This document shows positions 1 to 10,311 of a DNA stretch of 64,000 nucleotides, in pieces. Numbering within the stretch: position 1 is the first letter of the stretch; each line of letters opens with the position of its first letter. A program made the translations under genes and the position numbers. The stretch lies in assembly GCA_046727855.1 (NCBI GenBank), contig JBKPDL010000068.1, positions 2,216 to 66,215 of the forward strand, written 5' to 3'. The stretch is from Acidobacteriota bacterium. Lineage in GTDB: Bacteria; Acidobacteriota; Vicinamibacteria; Vicinamibacterales; UBA2999. A model generated the notes under the pieces. That model searched no databases, was not told the DNA's origin, and saw only the letters and a list, made by a program, of their open reading frames with translations.

Positions 1-516
1 CATCAGGTAGTTCGTGAACTTCGGATACAGAATGATGAGCATGAATGTCAGGAACGCTCCGAAGGTCGCGGTGAGCGAGAAGGAGGTGGAGAGCAGCTTC
101 GTGAACTCGTACGCGAGCCGGTCGTATCGCGGATCTCCGGTCTTGTAGCCGATCACCTCGATGATGAACGCGAAAATTGGGACGGCAAGGACGAACGCCG
201 CAAACAGCAGGTGGAGCTCCGCGACCGCCCAGATTGCCACGCGGCTCCCGATGACCGGAAAGGTCCGGTACTCAGCTTCCGCGTACGGGGTTGCGCGGGC
301 CTTGCTCTCAGCGTCTGCCTTCTCGGCAGCCAGTCCCTCCGTGCGGGGCGTTGCTTCGACGGTCGCGGCAGGAACCCGGTAAGGCTCCCTGTACTCGCGG
401 CTCACCAGCTGCGAAGCCATCCACACGACCCCGGCGAACATCACCAGGACGGTGAAGGGACCGAGTAGGAACAACACCTTGCGGTTTATCGCGCCGTTCA
501 TCACGCCGTTCGTCAC
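1..516 (-). CDS. cytochrome bd-type quinol oxidase subunit I (CydA)-like membrane protein, N-terminal 172 codons only (gene runs off window start)
   Basis: Absent from the ORF track because it is open at position 1. Hand translation of the minus strand from GTG 516..514 is stop-free to position 1; GGAG lies at 521-524, and the GTG begins 10 nt after the stop of the preceding gene. Product: VTNGVMNGAINRKVLFLLGPFTVLVMFAGVVWMASQ...RVAIWAVAELHLLFAAFVLAVPIFAFIIEVIGYKTGDPRYDRLAYEFTKLLSTSFSLTATFGAFLTFMLIILYPKFTNYLM. The pattern H-x-LF, IxE, xG, Y, F-KL, F-L, G resembles the CydA N-terminus as I remember it (E. coli [54 protein letters not shown]). Family assignment is from memory, not a search. Confidence 0.55.
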   Translation of the reverse strand, partial: MTNGVMNGAINRKVLFLLGPFTVLVMFAGVVWMASQLVSREYREPYRVPAATVEATPRTEGLAAEKADAESKARATPYAEAEYRTFPVIGSRVAIWAVAELHLLFAAFVLAVPIFAFIIEVIGYKTGDPRYDRLAYEFTKLLSTSFSLTATFGAFLTFMLIILYPKFTNYLM

Positions 517-526
517 GGTGTCTCCC

Positions 527-1162
527 TCACTTGCTGCCCGCGGGCGCGTTTGTGGCGCTTGCCGGCCGCTTGCGCTCGAGCTCTCGCACGTAAGCGACGA
601 TCGCCCACCTGTCCGAAGGGGGGATCGCCCAGCGGTACGAGGACATCAACCCCATCCCGTTGGTAATGACGTCGAAAATCTGCCCGTCCGGGTACTTCAG
701 GATCTTCTCCTGGTGGAAGGTGGCGGTCGGGACGTTGCCTCGCTGGAACAGGATCCCCTTGCCGTCCCCACGAGGGTCGTGGCAAGGCTGACAATAGATC
801 ACGTAGCGCTGGCGGCCGCGCTCGAGAAGCGCTTCGTCTACGGGATGCGGGATCGCCGCGACGAACTGCCCGTCCGCCCCCTTTCCGGTGAAGAAGGCCG
901 TGTCTTCCTTCAGCCCCCCGATCGGGACCGTTCCGGGAACCGGCTCGCGCATGGACGCGCCGTTGTAGAAGAAATCGCTGGCCGTCTGCGGAAGGACCTT
1001 CGGCTGGTCGTCCATGCTCGGGTTGATATGGATGGGAGGACGGCTCGACGTGCAGCCGCGCGCGCAGCCGGTGAGGGCGAAAAGAGAGGCGAACGCGAGC
1101 GCGCCCAGTACGCGTCCACCGCCGCTAAAGCTTCGGCGGACAAGCCGTGTGCGGACGTTCAT
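527..1162 (-). CDS. lipoprotein-type mono-heme cytochrome c, paralog of ActE
   Basis: 211 aa with a single CxxCH (CQPCH) and a lipobox-like signal (ASLFALTGC). Aligns by eye with the ActE ORF at 11493..12137: RQRYVIYCQPCHDPRGDGKG vs QQRFNIYCSPCHGRLGDGNG; DVITNGMGLMSSY vs DVITNGFGAMQGY; DRWAIVAYVREL vs DRWLIAAYVRAL. Overlaps the upstream gene by 4 nt. Confidence 0.8.
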   Translation of the reverse strand: MNVRTRLVRRSFSGGGRVLGALAFASLFALTGCARGCTSSRPPIHINPSMDDQPKVLPQTASDFFYNGASMREPVPGTVPIGGLKEDTAFFTGKGADGQFVAAIPHPVDEALLERGRQRYVIYCQPCHDPRGDGKGILFQRGNVPTATFHQEKILKYPDGQIFDVITNGMGLMSSYRWAIPPSDRWAIVAYVRELERKRPASATNAPAGSK

Positions 1163-4100
1163 GAAACGGGCCTTTCTTCCTTCGTTCGGTGCCCGACTCC
1201 CGCGTTGGTCCGCGCGTCCTCGAGGTCCGGATTCGGGTTGCGCACCTTGGCCAGATAGGTCGTCCGGGGCCTGGTGTTCAGCTCGTCGAGTAGCGCGTAG
1301 TTACGCGCGTCGGCCTTGGCCTTCACGACCCGGCTCGACGCGTCTCGAAGATCTCCGAACTCGATAGCCGAGGCCGGGCAGGCCTGTTGGCAGGCCGTCT
1401 TGACGTCGCCGTCACGGAGCGCGCGCCCCGCGAGCTTCGCATCGATCTTCGCCCGATTGATCCTCTGCGTGCAGTAGGTGCACTTCTCCATGACGCCCCT
1501 CGCGCGGACCGTGACGTCCGGGTTCATCGCGAGTTTGAGGATGTCGGGCGTGTCCTTGGTGAAGTTGAAAAAATTGAACCGGCGAACCTTGTAGGGGCAG
1601 TTGTTCGAGCAGTAGCGGGTCCCGATGCACCGGTTATAGACCATCACGTTGAGGCCTTCCCTGTCGTGGACGGTCGCGGCCACGGGGCAGACCTGCTCGC
1701 AGGGAGCGTCCTCGCAGTGCATGCACGGAACCGGCTGGAAGACGACCTCCGGGTTGCCGGAAGGCTCGCCGCTAAAGTACCGGTCGACCCTGATCCAGTG
1801 CATCTCGCGCTGCTTCGCGACCTGGATCTTGCCGACAACCGGCACGTTGTTTTCGCTCTGGCACGCCGTCATGCACGCGTTGCAGCCGATGCAGGCGTTC
1901 AAGTCGATCGTCATTCCCCACTGGTGGCCCTGATCGTAGGTATGCTCCTTCCAAAGTGAGAAGTGATGCGGTTGCTCCTCGAAGACGCCGAGTGCGCCGG
2001 GGACTTTTCCGCCTTCCGGATGTTGTGGCGGATCGCCCTCATGAGCGCTCCCTGCTCGCTCCGCCCCGGCAGCCGAGTTCGATCGAAGCGCGGTCAGGGT
2101 CGACTCGCGCACGACGGGGCGTCCCTCCATGCTGCCGTGCTCCTGGGTCGCCGCGAGCGGGTAAGTGCGCGCGAGCTTGGTGAGGCTGACCCCGCTGTCG
2201 AAGCCAGGTGCTTTGGAGCTTCGGACCGTGAACGTATCGAACCCGACTCGCGAGCCGATCCGACCCGCGTGCGAACGGCCGTAGCCGAGTGTCAAGGCGA
2301 CCACGCCGTCCGTCATGCCGGGGAGGAGCCAAACGGGTAGCTCGAGCGAGCGGCCGGCATAGTCGAGGCGGACCCAATCCTCGTTCGCGAGGCCGAGCGA
2401 ATCGGCCGTCTTCGGGCTGACGAGCGCGGGGTTGTCCCAGGTCAGCTTGGTGAGGGGATCGGGAAGCTCCTGCAGCCACCCGTCGTTCGCGAAGCGGCCG
2501 TCGTGAACCGAGGGGGAGGGGAGGAAGACGACCTCCAGGCCACTGCGAGATTCACCAGCGGCTGCTCCTGAACCCGTTGCGCCCGCGCCGCCGCCAATCG
2601 AGCGCGCGAGCTCCGCCAGTGGCTGCACGGTGAGATTGGGGACAACTTCCGGAAGCTCGCTGCCGGAAAGCAATCCGTCATGCAGGACGCGGTTCCACTT
2701 CCTGTCGAAGTCCGCCTCGGCGAGGATCGGTTTCCAGGTCTCCCGGACGATGTCATAGCCGGGACGATCCTTGCTCCCGACCATCAGCCCCAGCACTTCA
2801 ACGGGGCTTCGTCCGCCGAACAGCGGAAGAATCAGCGGCTGGACGACGCTGAGCGTGCCTCCAACGGCGCGGGCGTCTCCCCACGACTCGAGATAGTGAG
2901 CGCGAGGGATATGCCACGTCGCCTTGGCGGATGTTTCGTCGACCGTGTGTGCGAGCGCGATCGACGTAGAGACCTTCGCCATGGCCGATGCGAAGTCGAG
3001 ATCGGCGGGGGCATCGAAGACAGGATTGCCTCCCAGGACGACGAGCGTCTTGATGGTTCCCGCATTCATCGCGGCGACGAGTGAAGCGAGCGAACTGAGG
3101 CTCGGAAGCGCCGCATCCTTCGCCTCGTAATAGCTGACCGTCTGCCCCGTGTTGCCGAGATGCGTGTTCAGCGCGCAGACGGCGGCGTGGACGGCCGCGG
3201 GCTGGCGGTCCCCAGCCACGATCAGACCCTTGCCGCGGTGCGCGAGGAGATCCTTGGCAACGGCGTCGATCCAGCGCGGGTCGACACCTGGGATGCTGGC
3301 TCCCGACGCGCTCGCAACGCCAGCTGCGGACGGAGCAAGGCGTGACGCAAGGGCCGCGAGAAGCGCCGCGATCTGCCGGCTCTCGAGACGGAGCCGATGA
3401 TCCGCCATGGCTCCCGTCAGCGAGTAAACCGCTTCGACAGCGTAGAGCCGGTTCATCGCGCCACCGGAAGCTCCCGCCTGCCTTCCGCTCGCGAACCCTC
3501 GCGCGTGACGGATCATCTCCGGGTCGGTGAGTAGCGGGTCGGCGTCGAGGCACAGAATCACCGAAGCTCGATCGACCCGGAGCATGAGATCGAGATCGCG
3601 TCCCGTGGCCTGCCGCAGTCCCGCGAGCCGGTTCTCGTCACTGACGGCGTCATACGTCGCCCACTGCAACCGTGGATAGCGGGCACGAAGCTCGGAGACC
3701 AGGCGTGCGAGGGTAGGCGAGGAGAAGGAATCTGAGAGAACCGCAAGGCCAGCGCCCCCATCCGCAGCATGAGCCTCGGACAGCTGCCCCCAGGCGGTCA
3801 CGAAATCGCTCCAGGCCTTCCGTTCCCCTTTCAGCATGACGGCTTGCGAGCGGTCGGGATCGTAGAGGCCGAGCACGGACGCCTGGACGCGCGAGCTGGA
3901 GGCTCCGAGGGTCGAGGGGTGCGAGGGGTTTCCCTCGATCTTGGTCGGTCGCCCTTCGTGACTCTCGACGATCAGTCCGTAAGCACTACGGCCGAACGGC
4001 ATCGTCGTGGCGTAGTAGCGGGGGATCCCGGGAACAATCTCCTCGGGTGCGGTGACGAAGGGGACAATCTCTTCGACTGGGCGCCGGCATGCCGCGAGCC

Positions 4101-4269
4101 CGGCAAGCGACAGCGAGGCGCCCACGAGCATCATCATGTCGCGCCGGGTGATCCCCTCGGGAAGCTCCGAGGCGCCCTCCGGGAATTCCCGCTCGAGAGA
4201 GGCGCGAAATTCGGGGCTTTGCTCGATCTGCGCGAGACTTCGCCAATAGTCCCGCGTCACCGGTGGCAC
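1159..4269 (-). CDS. ActB-like subunit (Tat-signal molybdopterin-oxidoreductase-like domain fused to a 4Fe-4S ferredoxin domain), second copy
   Basis: 1036 aa. Twin-arginine-like N-terminus ITRRDMMMLVGASLSLAGLAAC. C-terminal Cys clusters CIGCNACMTAC, CMHCEDAPCEQVCP, CIGTRYCSNNCP and CTYC. Collinear with the 14119..17658 ORF (shared HEGRPTKIEGNP and GRFANDGWLQELP). GTG start at 4269 overlaps the ActA-like gene by 13 nt. Confidence 0.85.
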   Translation of the reverse strand: MPPVTRDYWRSLAQIEQSPEFRASLEREFPEGASELPEGITRRDMMMLVGASLSLAGLAACRRPVEEIVPFVTAPEEIVPGIPRYYATTMPFGRSAYGLIVESHEGRPTKIEGNPSHPSTLGASSSRVQASVLGLYDPDRSQAVMLKGERKAWSDFVTAWGQLSEAHAADGGAGLAVLSDSFSSPTLARLVSELRARYPRLQWATYDAVSDENRLAGLRQATGRDLDLMLRVDRASVILCLDADPLLTDPEMIRHARGFASGRQAGASGGAMNRLYAVEAVYSLTGAMADHRLRLESRQIAALLAALASRLAPSAAGVASASGASIPGVDPRWIDAVAKDLLAHRGKGLIVAGDRQPAAVHAAVCALNTHLGNTGQTVSYYEAKDAALPSLSSLASLVAAMNAGTIKTLVVLGGNPVFDAPADLDFASAMAKVSTSIALAHTVDETSAKATWHIPRAHYLESWGDARAVGGTLSVVQPLILPLFGGRSPVEVLGLMVGSKDRPGYDIVRETWKPILAEADFDRKWNRVLHDGLLSGSELPEVVPNLTVQPLAELARSIGGGAGATGSGAAAGESRSGLEVVFLPSPSVHDGRFANDGWLQELPDPLTKLTWDNPALVSPKTADSLGLANEDWVRLDYAGRSLELPVWLLPGMTDGVVALTLGYGRSHAGRIGSRVGFDTFTVRSSKAPGFDSGVSLTKLARTYPLAATQEHGSMEGRPVVRESTLTALRSNSAAGAERAGSAHEGDPPQHPEGGKVPGALGVFEEQPHHFSLWKEHTYDQGHQWGMTIDLNACIGCNACMTACQSENNVPVVGKIQVAKQREMHWIRVDRYFSGEPSGNPEVVFQPVPCMHCEDAPCEQVCPVAATVHDREGLNVMVYNRCIGTRYCSNNCPYKVRRFNFFNFTKDTPDILKLAMNPDVTVRARGVMEKCTYCTQRINRAKIDAKLAGRALRDGDVKTACQQACPASAIEFGDLRDASSRVVKAKADARNYALLDELNTRPRTTYLAKVRNPNPDLEDARTNAGVGHRTKEERPVS

Positions 4270-4904
4270 CCCGAACAGTCAGTCGGCGGATTGACCGCAC
4301 GTTCGCGGTCGAGCTGCGCCGCGAGCGCTTGAACATCCCGCGGAGGCGTCCACCTCATGTTGGTGACTTCCGAGACGGGGCGTCTGTAGGGACCGGGGTT
4401 GCGGTGGCAGTCGAGGCACCAGCTCATGCTGAGCGGCGTCATCTGCGTAACCGTTTCCATCTCGTCGATGCGGCCGTGGCAGGTGACGCAGCCGATTCCT
4501 GCCGTCACGTGCACGCGGTGGGGGAAATAGGCATAGTCGGGAAGATTGTGGACGCGAATCCAGCGCATCGGGCGGCCGCTCTGGGCGCTGTCCCGAATCG
4601 GTGCGAGCAGCGCGCTGTCCCTCTTCACGGTCTGATGGCAGTTCATGCACGCCTGCGTGGGCGGAACGTTGGCGACGTTAGAAATCTCGACCGACACGTG
4701 ACAGTATCGGCAATCGAGACCGAGCTCGCCGGCGTGGAGCTTGTGGCTGTACGGTACCGGCTGAACGGGACGGTAGCCCACATCTGTGTACCACGGGGAA
4801 AAGTAGTACCAGACGCCCGCGATCGCGAGCGCCGGGCCGAGAGTGCCCGCAATGGCCGTCACGATCGGGAGTTTGTTCCACCAGGGGGGAAAAATTTGGG
4901 CCAA
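4257..4904 (-). CDS. ActA-like membrane-anchored pentaheme cytochrome c, second copy
   Basis: 215 aa with five CxxCH motifs (CRYCH, CMNCH, CVTCH, CLDCH, CSGCH) and an N-terminal TM helix. Paralog of 17673..18332 (AQIFPPWW vs SQIFPKG). The start codon is TTG at 4904..4902 with GGAG about 10 nt upstream. Confidence 0.85.
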   Translation of the reverse strand: MAQIFPPWWNKLPIVTAIAGTLGPALAIAGVWYYFSPWYTDVGYRPVQPVPYSHKLHAGELGLDCRYCHVSVEISNVANVPPTQACMNCHQTVKRDSALLAPIRDSAQSGRPMRWIRVHNLPDYAYFPHRVHVTAGIGCVTCHGRIDEMETVTQMTPLSMSWCLDCHRNPGPYRRPVSEVTNMRWTPPRDVQALAAQLDRERAVNPPTDCSGCHR

Positions 4905-5034
4905 CGGCTAGGGCTCCGGGGTGCTGGAGGACAGTTGCCCCGGCCCCGAGTCCGCCATGGAACTGTGATGCCGCATCCGCGCGTCCCCAAAGAATTCGTC
5001 GGAGAAACCGAAAAATCTGTCGATCGAGGCCGCG

Positions 5035-5064
5035 ATCTTATCCACGAACTAGGACAGGGGTCAA
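5035..5064 (-). promoter_or_regulatory. candidate sigma70-like promoter for the second ACIII-like module
   Basis: The minus strand reads TTGACC (plus 5059..5064), an 18-nt spacer, then TAAGAT (plus 5035..5040). It lies in the 218-nt gap between the oxidase subunit IV stop (5123) and the ActA-like start (4904). Motif match only. Confidence 0.3.
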
Positions 5065-5122
5065 GCGCGCCGCGCCGTGGTAGCTGACGTCATGGATGCC
5101 ATTGATCGCCTGCCGAAGCGAA

Positions 5123-5425
5123 CTACTGCAGGCGAGGCGGAACGGGCAGCCACCCGCGCGAGGCGTAATCCGCCATCGTCAATCCAAGCAGGATGAAGAG
5201 AAAGAAGAAGCCCGAGAGGATCACGAGTTTGGTGAGCCGGCTGCTGTACTTCACGTGCATGAAGTACAGAATCACGAGCGTGGCCTTGATCGACGCAATC
5301 CCAAGCGCCACGACCTTGTTCAACTCTCCGAGGTTCAGGTAGGCGACGAGCACCGTGATCGTCGTGAGGACCATCAGCGTGACGAAGACGAGAATGTACG
5401 ACTTGACGGAGGCGATGTGCGACAT
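5123..5425 (-). CDS. ctaF: cytochrome c oxidase subunit IV (prokaryotic CtaF/COX4_pro family)
   Basis: 100 aa with three hydrophobic helices and the motif ATLVILYFMHVKY. Sits directly after subunit III. Confidence 0.75.
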   Translation of the reverse strand: MSHIASVKSYILVFVTLMVLTTITVLVAYLNLGELNKVVALGIASIKATLVILYFMHVKYSSRLTKLVILSGFFFLFILLGLTMADYASRGWLPVPPRLQ

Positions 5426-5428
5426 GGC

Positions 5429-6275
5429 TCAGGATCGATCGATGAGATAGAGCAGCGGGAACAGATAAATCCACACGATGTCGACGAAGTGCCAGTAGAG
5501 GCCGCTCATCTCCACGGGCGTGTAGTAGTTGGCGTCGAACCTGCCGATCCACGCCATGAACGTGATCACGGTCAGCAGCGCGATGCCGACGATCATGTGG
5601 AGCGCGTGCAGCCCGGTCATCGTGAAGTACAGGCTGAAGAAGATCTGCGTGTGCTGCTGGAGCGCTGGATCGCGCTGTGCGGCAGTCGCCGCGTGCGTTG
5701 TGTGGGCTGGCGGCGCGGCGTGCTCGCCCGCGGACGCGCCGGACTCGACAGGCGCCACGCGTCCGGGCACCTCGCCTTCGGCACCCGCCGCGCCTGCCTC
5801 GTGCCCTGCGGCCGGTTCGGCCGCATGTGAATCCCACACGAAGTCCGGGCCCGGCACGTGATGATGCTCGAACTTGTCCGCGTACTCGATCACCTTGACG
5901 CCGAGGAACACCGACCCGAGGAACATCGTCGCGATCAGCCATGCGACGGTCGCTTTGCGACGATTGATCTGCGCCGAATGCACGGCCATGGCCATGGTCA
6001 GCGAACTGGCGATCAGCACCACCGTGTTGAACGCGCCCCAGAAGAGCACGATCGACGAGCTCGCGGCCACGAACGCGTCGTGATACCAGATGCGGTAGAG
6101 CATGTAGGCCATGAACAGTCCACCGAAGAACAGGATCTCGGTGACCAGGAAGGTCCACATGCCGAACGTGCTCGCCTCCTTTTGCTGCGACATCGACTCG
6201 AAGTGATGCTGCAGCGCGGGATGGTGCGCCGCGTGTGCGTGAACGTGACCGTGAGCGTCGGCTTGAACGACCGTG

Positions 6276-6283
<8 letters not shown>
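5429..6283 (-). CDS. ctaE: cytochrome c oxidase subunit III, with a low-complexity loop insertion
   Basis: 284 aa. Contains [15 protein letters not shown] and [19 protein letters not shown], typical of COX3. An Ala/Gly/Pro/His-rich insert of about 58 aa is encoded at about 5660..5833. Confidence 0.9.
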
Positions 6284-7900
<1,617 letters not shown>

Positions 7901-7901
<1 letters not shown>

Positions 7902-8944
7902 TACGGTTTCCTCGTCGTCGATGTTGCCGACGGCGTTGACGTCGGACCCGGGGCTCCGGGCGGCGTCGTCGCGCCGGGAGCAGCTGGCGTCGCTGGCACG
8001 GCTGGCGCGCTCGAGGCCCCCGGCGAAAGTGATTTGACGTGCTCGATCAGCGCAGCCAGGCCTTCTTCGCTGATGAGGCCCTGGAAGGTCGGCATCAGCG
8101 GTTGAAAGCCTTTGACGATCCTGGCTTGCGAATTCAGGATCGACTCACGCAGATACGCCTCGTTCACGACGGCGGATGAGCCATCCTGGAATTCCACCGG
8201 TTTGCCGTAGATGTCTTTGAGTGACGGACCGCGGCCCTGGCCTGAATCGAGATGGCAGCTGTTGCACGCAAGCTGCTGGAACAGCGCCGCTCCGCGCTGG
8301 GCCAGCGAGCCTTCGCCGCCGCCGGCGAGCCAGGACTGATACGCCGCCGGCTCCATCACCACGACCTGCCCGATCATTCGCGAGTGATTGGTGCCGCAGT
8401 ACTCGGCGCAGAAGATGTGATACGTGCCGGCTTTGTTCGCTTCGAACCATAGCGTGGTGTAGCGGCCGGGAATCACGTCCATCTTCTGGCGAAAGTTGGG
8501 AAAGTACAAGCTGTGGATCACGTCCTCGGACGTCATCGTGACCCTGACGGCACGGCCGAGCGGTACGTGCAGCTCGTTGATCTCGCGCTGGCCCTCGAGG
8601 TGCTGAAACTTCCACATCCACTGTTTGCCAGTGGCATACACCTGCAGCGCCTCTTCCGGATCCCGACGCAGATGGTAGTAAACCGAGGCGCCCCAGCCGA
8701 ACATCACCATGGTGATGATCGTCGGAATGACGCTCCACAGGAGCTCGAGAGCCAGGTTGCCTTCGATCCGCGCGCCGACCTCACCGTCGTGACGCCGGCG
8801 GTACTTGACGCCAAAAATGACCACGGCAACAGCCACGACCAGCGCAAAGAACGCCGAGACGGCGATCACAAAAAAATAGAGCGCGTCGACGTCAGACGCG
8901 AATGTCGATGCCTGCGTGGGAAAGAGGGTGAAACCAGTGTCCAT
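7901..8944 (-). CDS. ctaC: cytochrome c oxidase subunit II fused to a C-terminal cytochrome c domain (caa3-type)
   Basis: CuA motif [15 protein letters not shown] and heme c motif CNSCH, followed by a Pro/Ala/Thr-rich tail. I chose ATG 8944 ([13 protein letters not shown]), 4 nt after the SCO1 stop. The ORF-track start at 9007 would overlap SCO1 by 59 nt. Confidence 0.9.
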
Positions 8945-8948
8945 GTAC

Positions 8949-9791
8949 CTAAACCGGTCGTTCTTCGCGCTGCTCGCGGCTGAGTGCCACCAGGACGAAT
9001 CCGACAAGCGCCACGAGCGTTACGGCACCGCCGATCTGCACAGCCCGCATTGCCAGGAAACTGTACGACCCCGTCGAAGGGTCGTAGTGATAGCAGTAAA
9101 GCAGTAGCTTATCGACGGCGTTGCCGGTTCGTCCGGCTGACGATTCGATGAGCGCAAACTTCACGTCGCGCGGTGCGAACTCGATGCCGAAGAAATAGCG
9201 GGATAGACGGCCGTCGGGTGTCGTGACCACGATCCCGCTGGGATGCGCAAATTGCTGCGTCTTGTCGTCCCACGCGTAATGGAACCCGGCGGCGTCGGTC
9301 ACGCGGCGAATCGAGGCTTCTTCTCCAGTAAGAAAGTGCCACCCCGATTCCGAACCGGGCCGCTTATAACGATCGATGTGCGCTTTTTTCTTGCCTGCGG
9401 CGAGCGGCGGCAGCTCGCGTGGATCGAAGCTGATGACGACGACGTCGAAATCCTGGCCCACGGTCTCGGTGAGCACGGTCAACGCGCTCGTGAGGCCGTT
9501 GAGCACCTGCGTACAGAGCATCGGGCACTCGTAGTACGCGAAGGCGAGCACGACCGGTTTGGTCCCGAAATACTGTCCGAGCTGCACGCTACGGCCGTCC
9601 TCGTCCTTGAATGTTGCGTCGAGCGGCAGTCGTTCGTTCAGACGCTGATCGAAACGAACATCCTTGAGGATGCCGGGCATCTGGCTCGCCGGCATGCCTG
9701 GATCGGGGCGCACGCCGTGCGCGCCGTCCTGCGCGCGCGCGATGGTTGCGCACGTGAGCGCTACGATGACAACGATCGATCGAAACAGCAT
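8949..9791 (-). CDS. SCO1/SenC family copper chaperone (thioredoxin fold)
   Basis: 280 aa with signal peptide MLFRSIVVIVALTCATIARAQ and the SCO CxxxC motif (YYECPMLCTQVLNG). Positioned immediately upstream of the oxidase genes. Confidence 0.85.
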   Translation of the reverse strand: MLFRSIVVIVALTCATIARAQDGAHGVRPDPGMPASQMPGILKDVRFDQRLNERLPLDATFKDEDGRSVQLGQYFGTKPVVLAFAYYECPMLCTQVLNGLTSALTVLTETVGQDFDVVVISFDPRELPPLAAGKKKAHIDRYKRPGSESGWHFLTGEEASIRRVTDAAGFHYAWDDKTQQFAHPSGIVVTTPDGRLSRYFFGIEFAPRDVKFALIESSAGRTGNAVDKLLLYCYHYDPSTGSYSFLAMRAVQIGGAVTLVALVGFVLVALSREQREERPV

Positions 9792-9796
9792 TTCAC

Positions 9797-10270
9797 TTAC
9801 CGTGTAACAGCGACTCGTCCTGCGGAGCTGTCGAGGACAACCTGATTCACCCCTTGCGGCTGATCCGGACGGCTCCGCAGCTCCCCTCGCTGGATCAGCA
9901 GATTCATCGCATCTTCGACAGGAATGCGGACCGCTCCGGCGTTCTTATCCACCCAGCCATAGCCCGACAGCTTTTCCTGCTCGCTTTGACGCAGCAGATA
10001 AATGTCTTTGAACGGCTGAGGCTGCAGGTTCGGCGCCGGGGCCTCCTTCGCGGCGCCGGCGGCGAGCGGAAACACCCGCGCTGCCTCGTCCGCGCTGCGT
10101 GCGCGGTTCTCGAACAGCCAGAACGTGCCGTAGACGATGGCGCCCGAAATCAGCATGGCCACGGTCAGCCAGATCGCGAACTTCCACGCAATCGACGGCT
10201 CGATGTCCGTGTACTCACGATTGGCGTCCGGCGGCGTCGGCCCGTATTCAATTTCAAGATCGTGTTCCAT
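9797..10270 (-). CDS. hypothetical single-pass membrane protein between actF and sco1 (possible ACIII/oxidase accessory subunit)
   Basis: ATG at 10270..10268 gives 157 aa (MEHDLEIEYGPTPPD...). One TM helix, WKFAIWLTVAMLISGAIVYGTFWLF. The longer ORF-track form (to 10921) overlaps actF and is Arg-rich shadow sequence. No family recognised. Confidence 0.55.
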   Translation of the reverse strand: MEHDLEIEYGPTPPDANREYTDIEPSIAWKFAIWLTVAMLISGAIVYGTFWLFENRARSADEAARVFPLAAGAAKEAPAPNLQPQPFKDIYLLRQSEQEKLSGYGWVDKNAGAVRIPVEDAMNLLIQRGELRSRPDQPQGVNQVVLDSSAGRVAVTR

Positions 10271-10311
10271 CTCAAATGAACCCTGTAGCGGCGGGTCTTC
10301 AGACCCGCCGA

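Noticed and set aside
452-1258. Long ORFs antisense to, or out of frame with, the called genes. Examples: 452..1258 +, 4263..5087 +, 5061..6158 -, 12693..14189 -, 15447..16379 +, 24479..25570 -, 30680..31681 +, 34182..35273 +, 59494..61173 +, 62248..63927 +
   Set aside because: Their translations are Arg/Ala/Pro/Gly-rich with no recognisable motifs. They overlap genes with strong family signatures. This is the typical shadow-ORF behaviour of GC-rich DNA.
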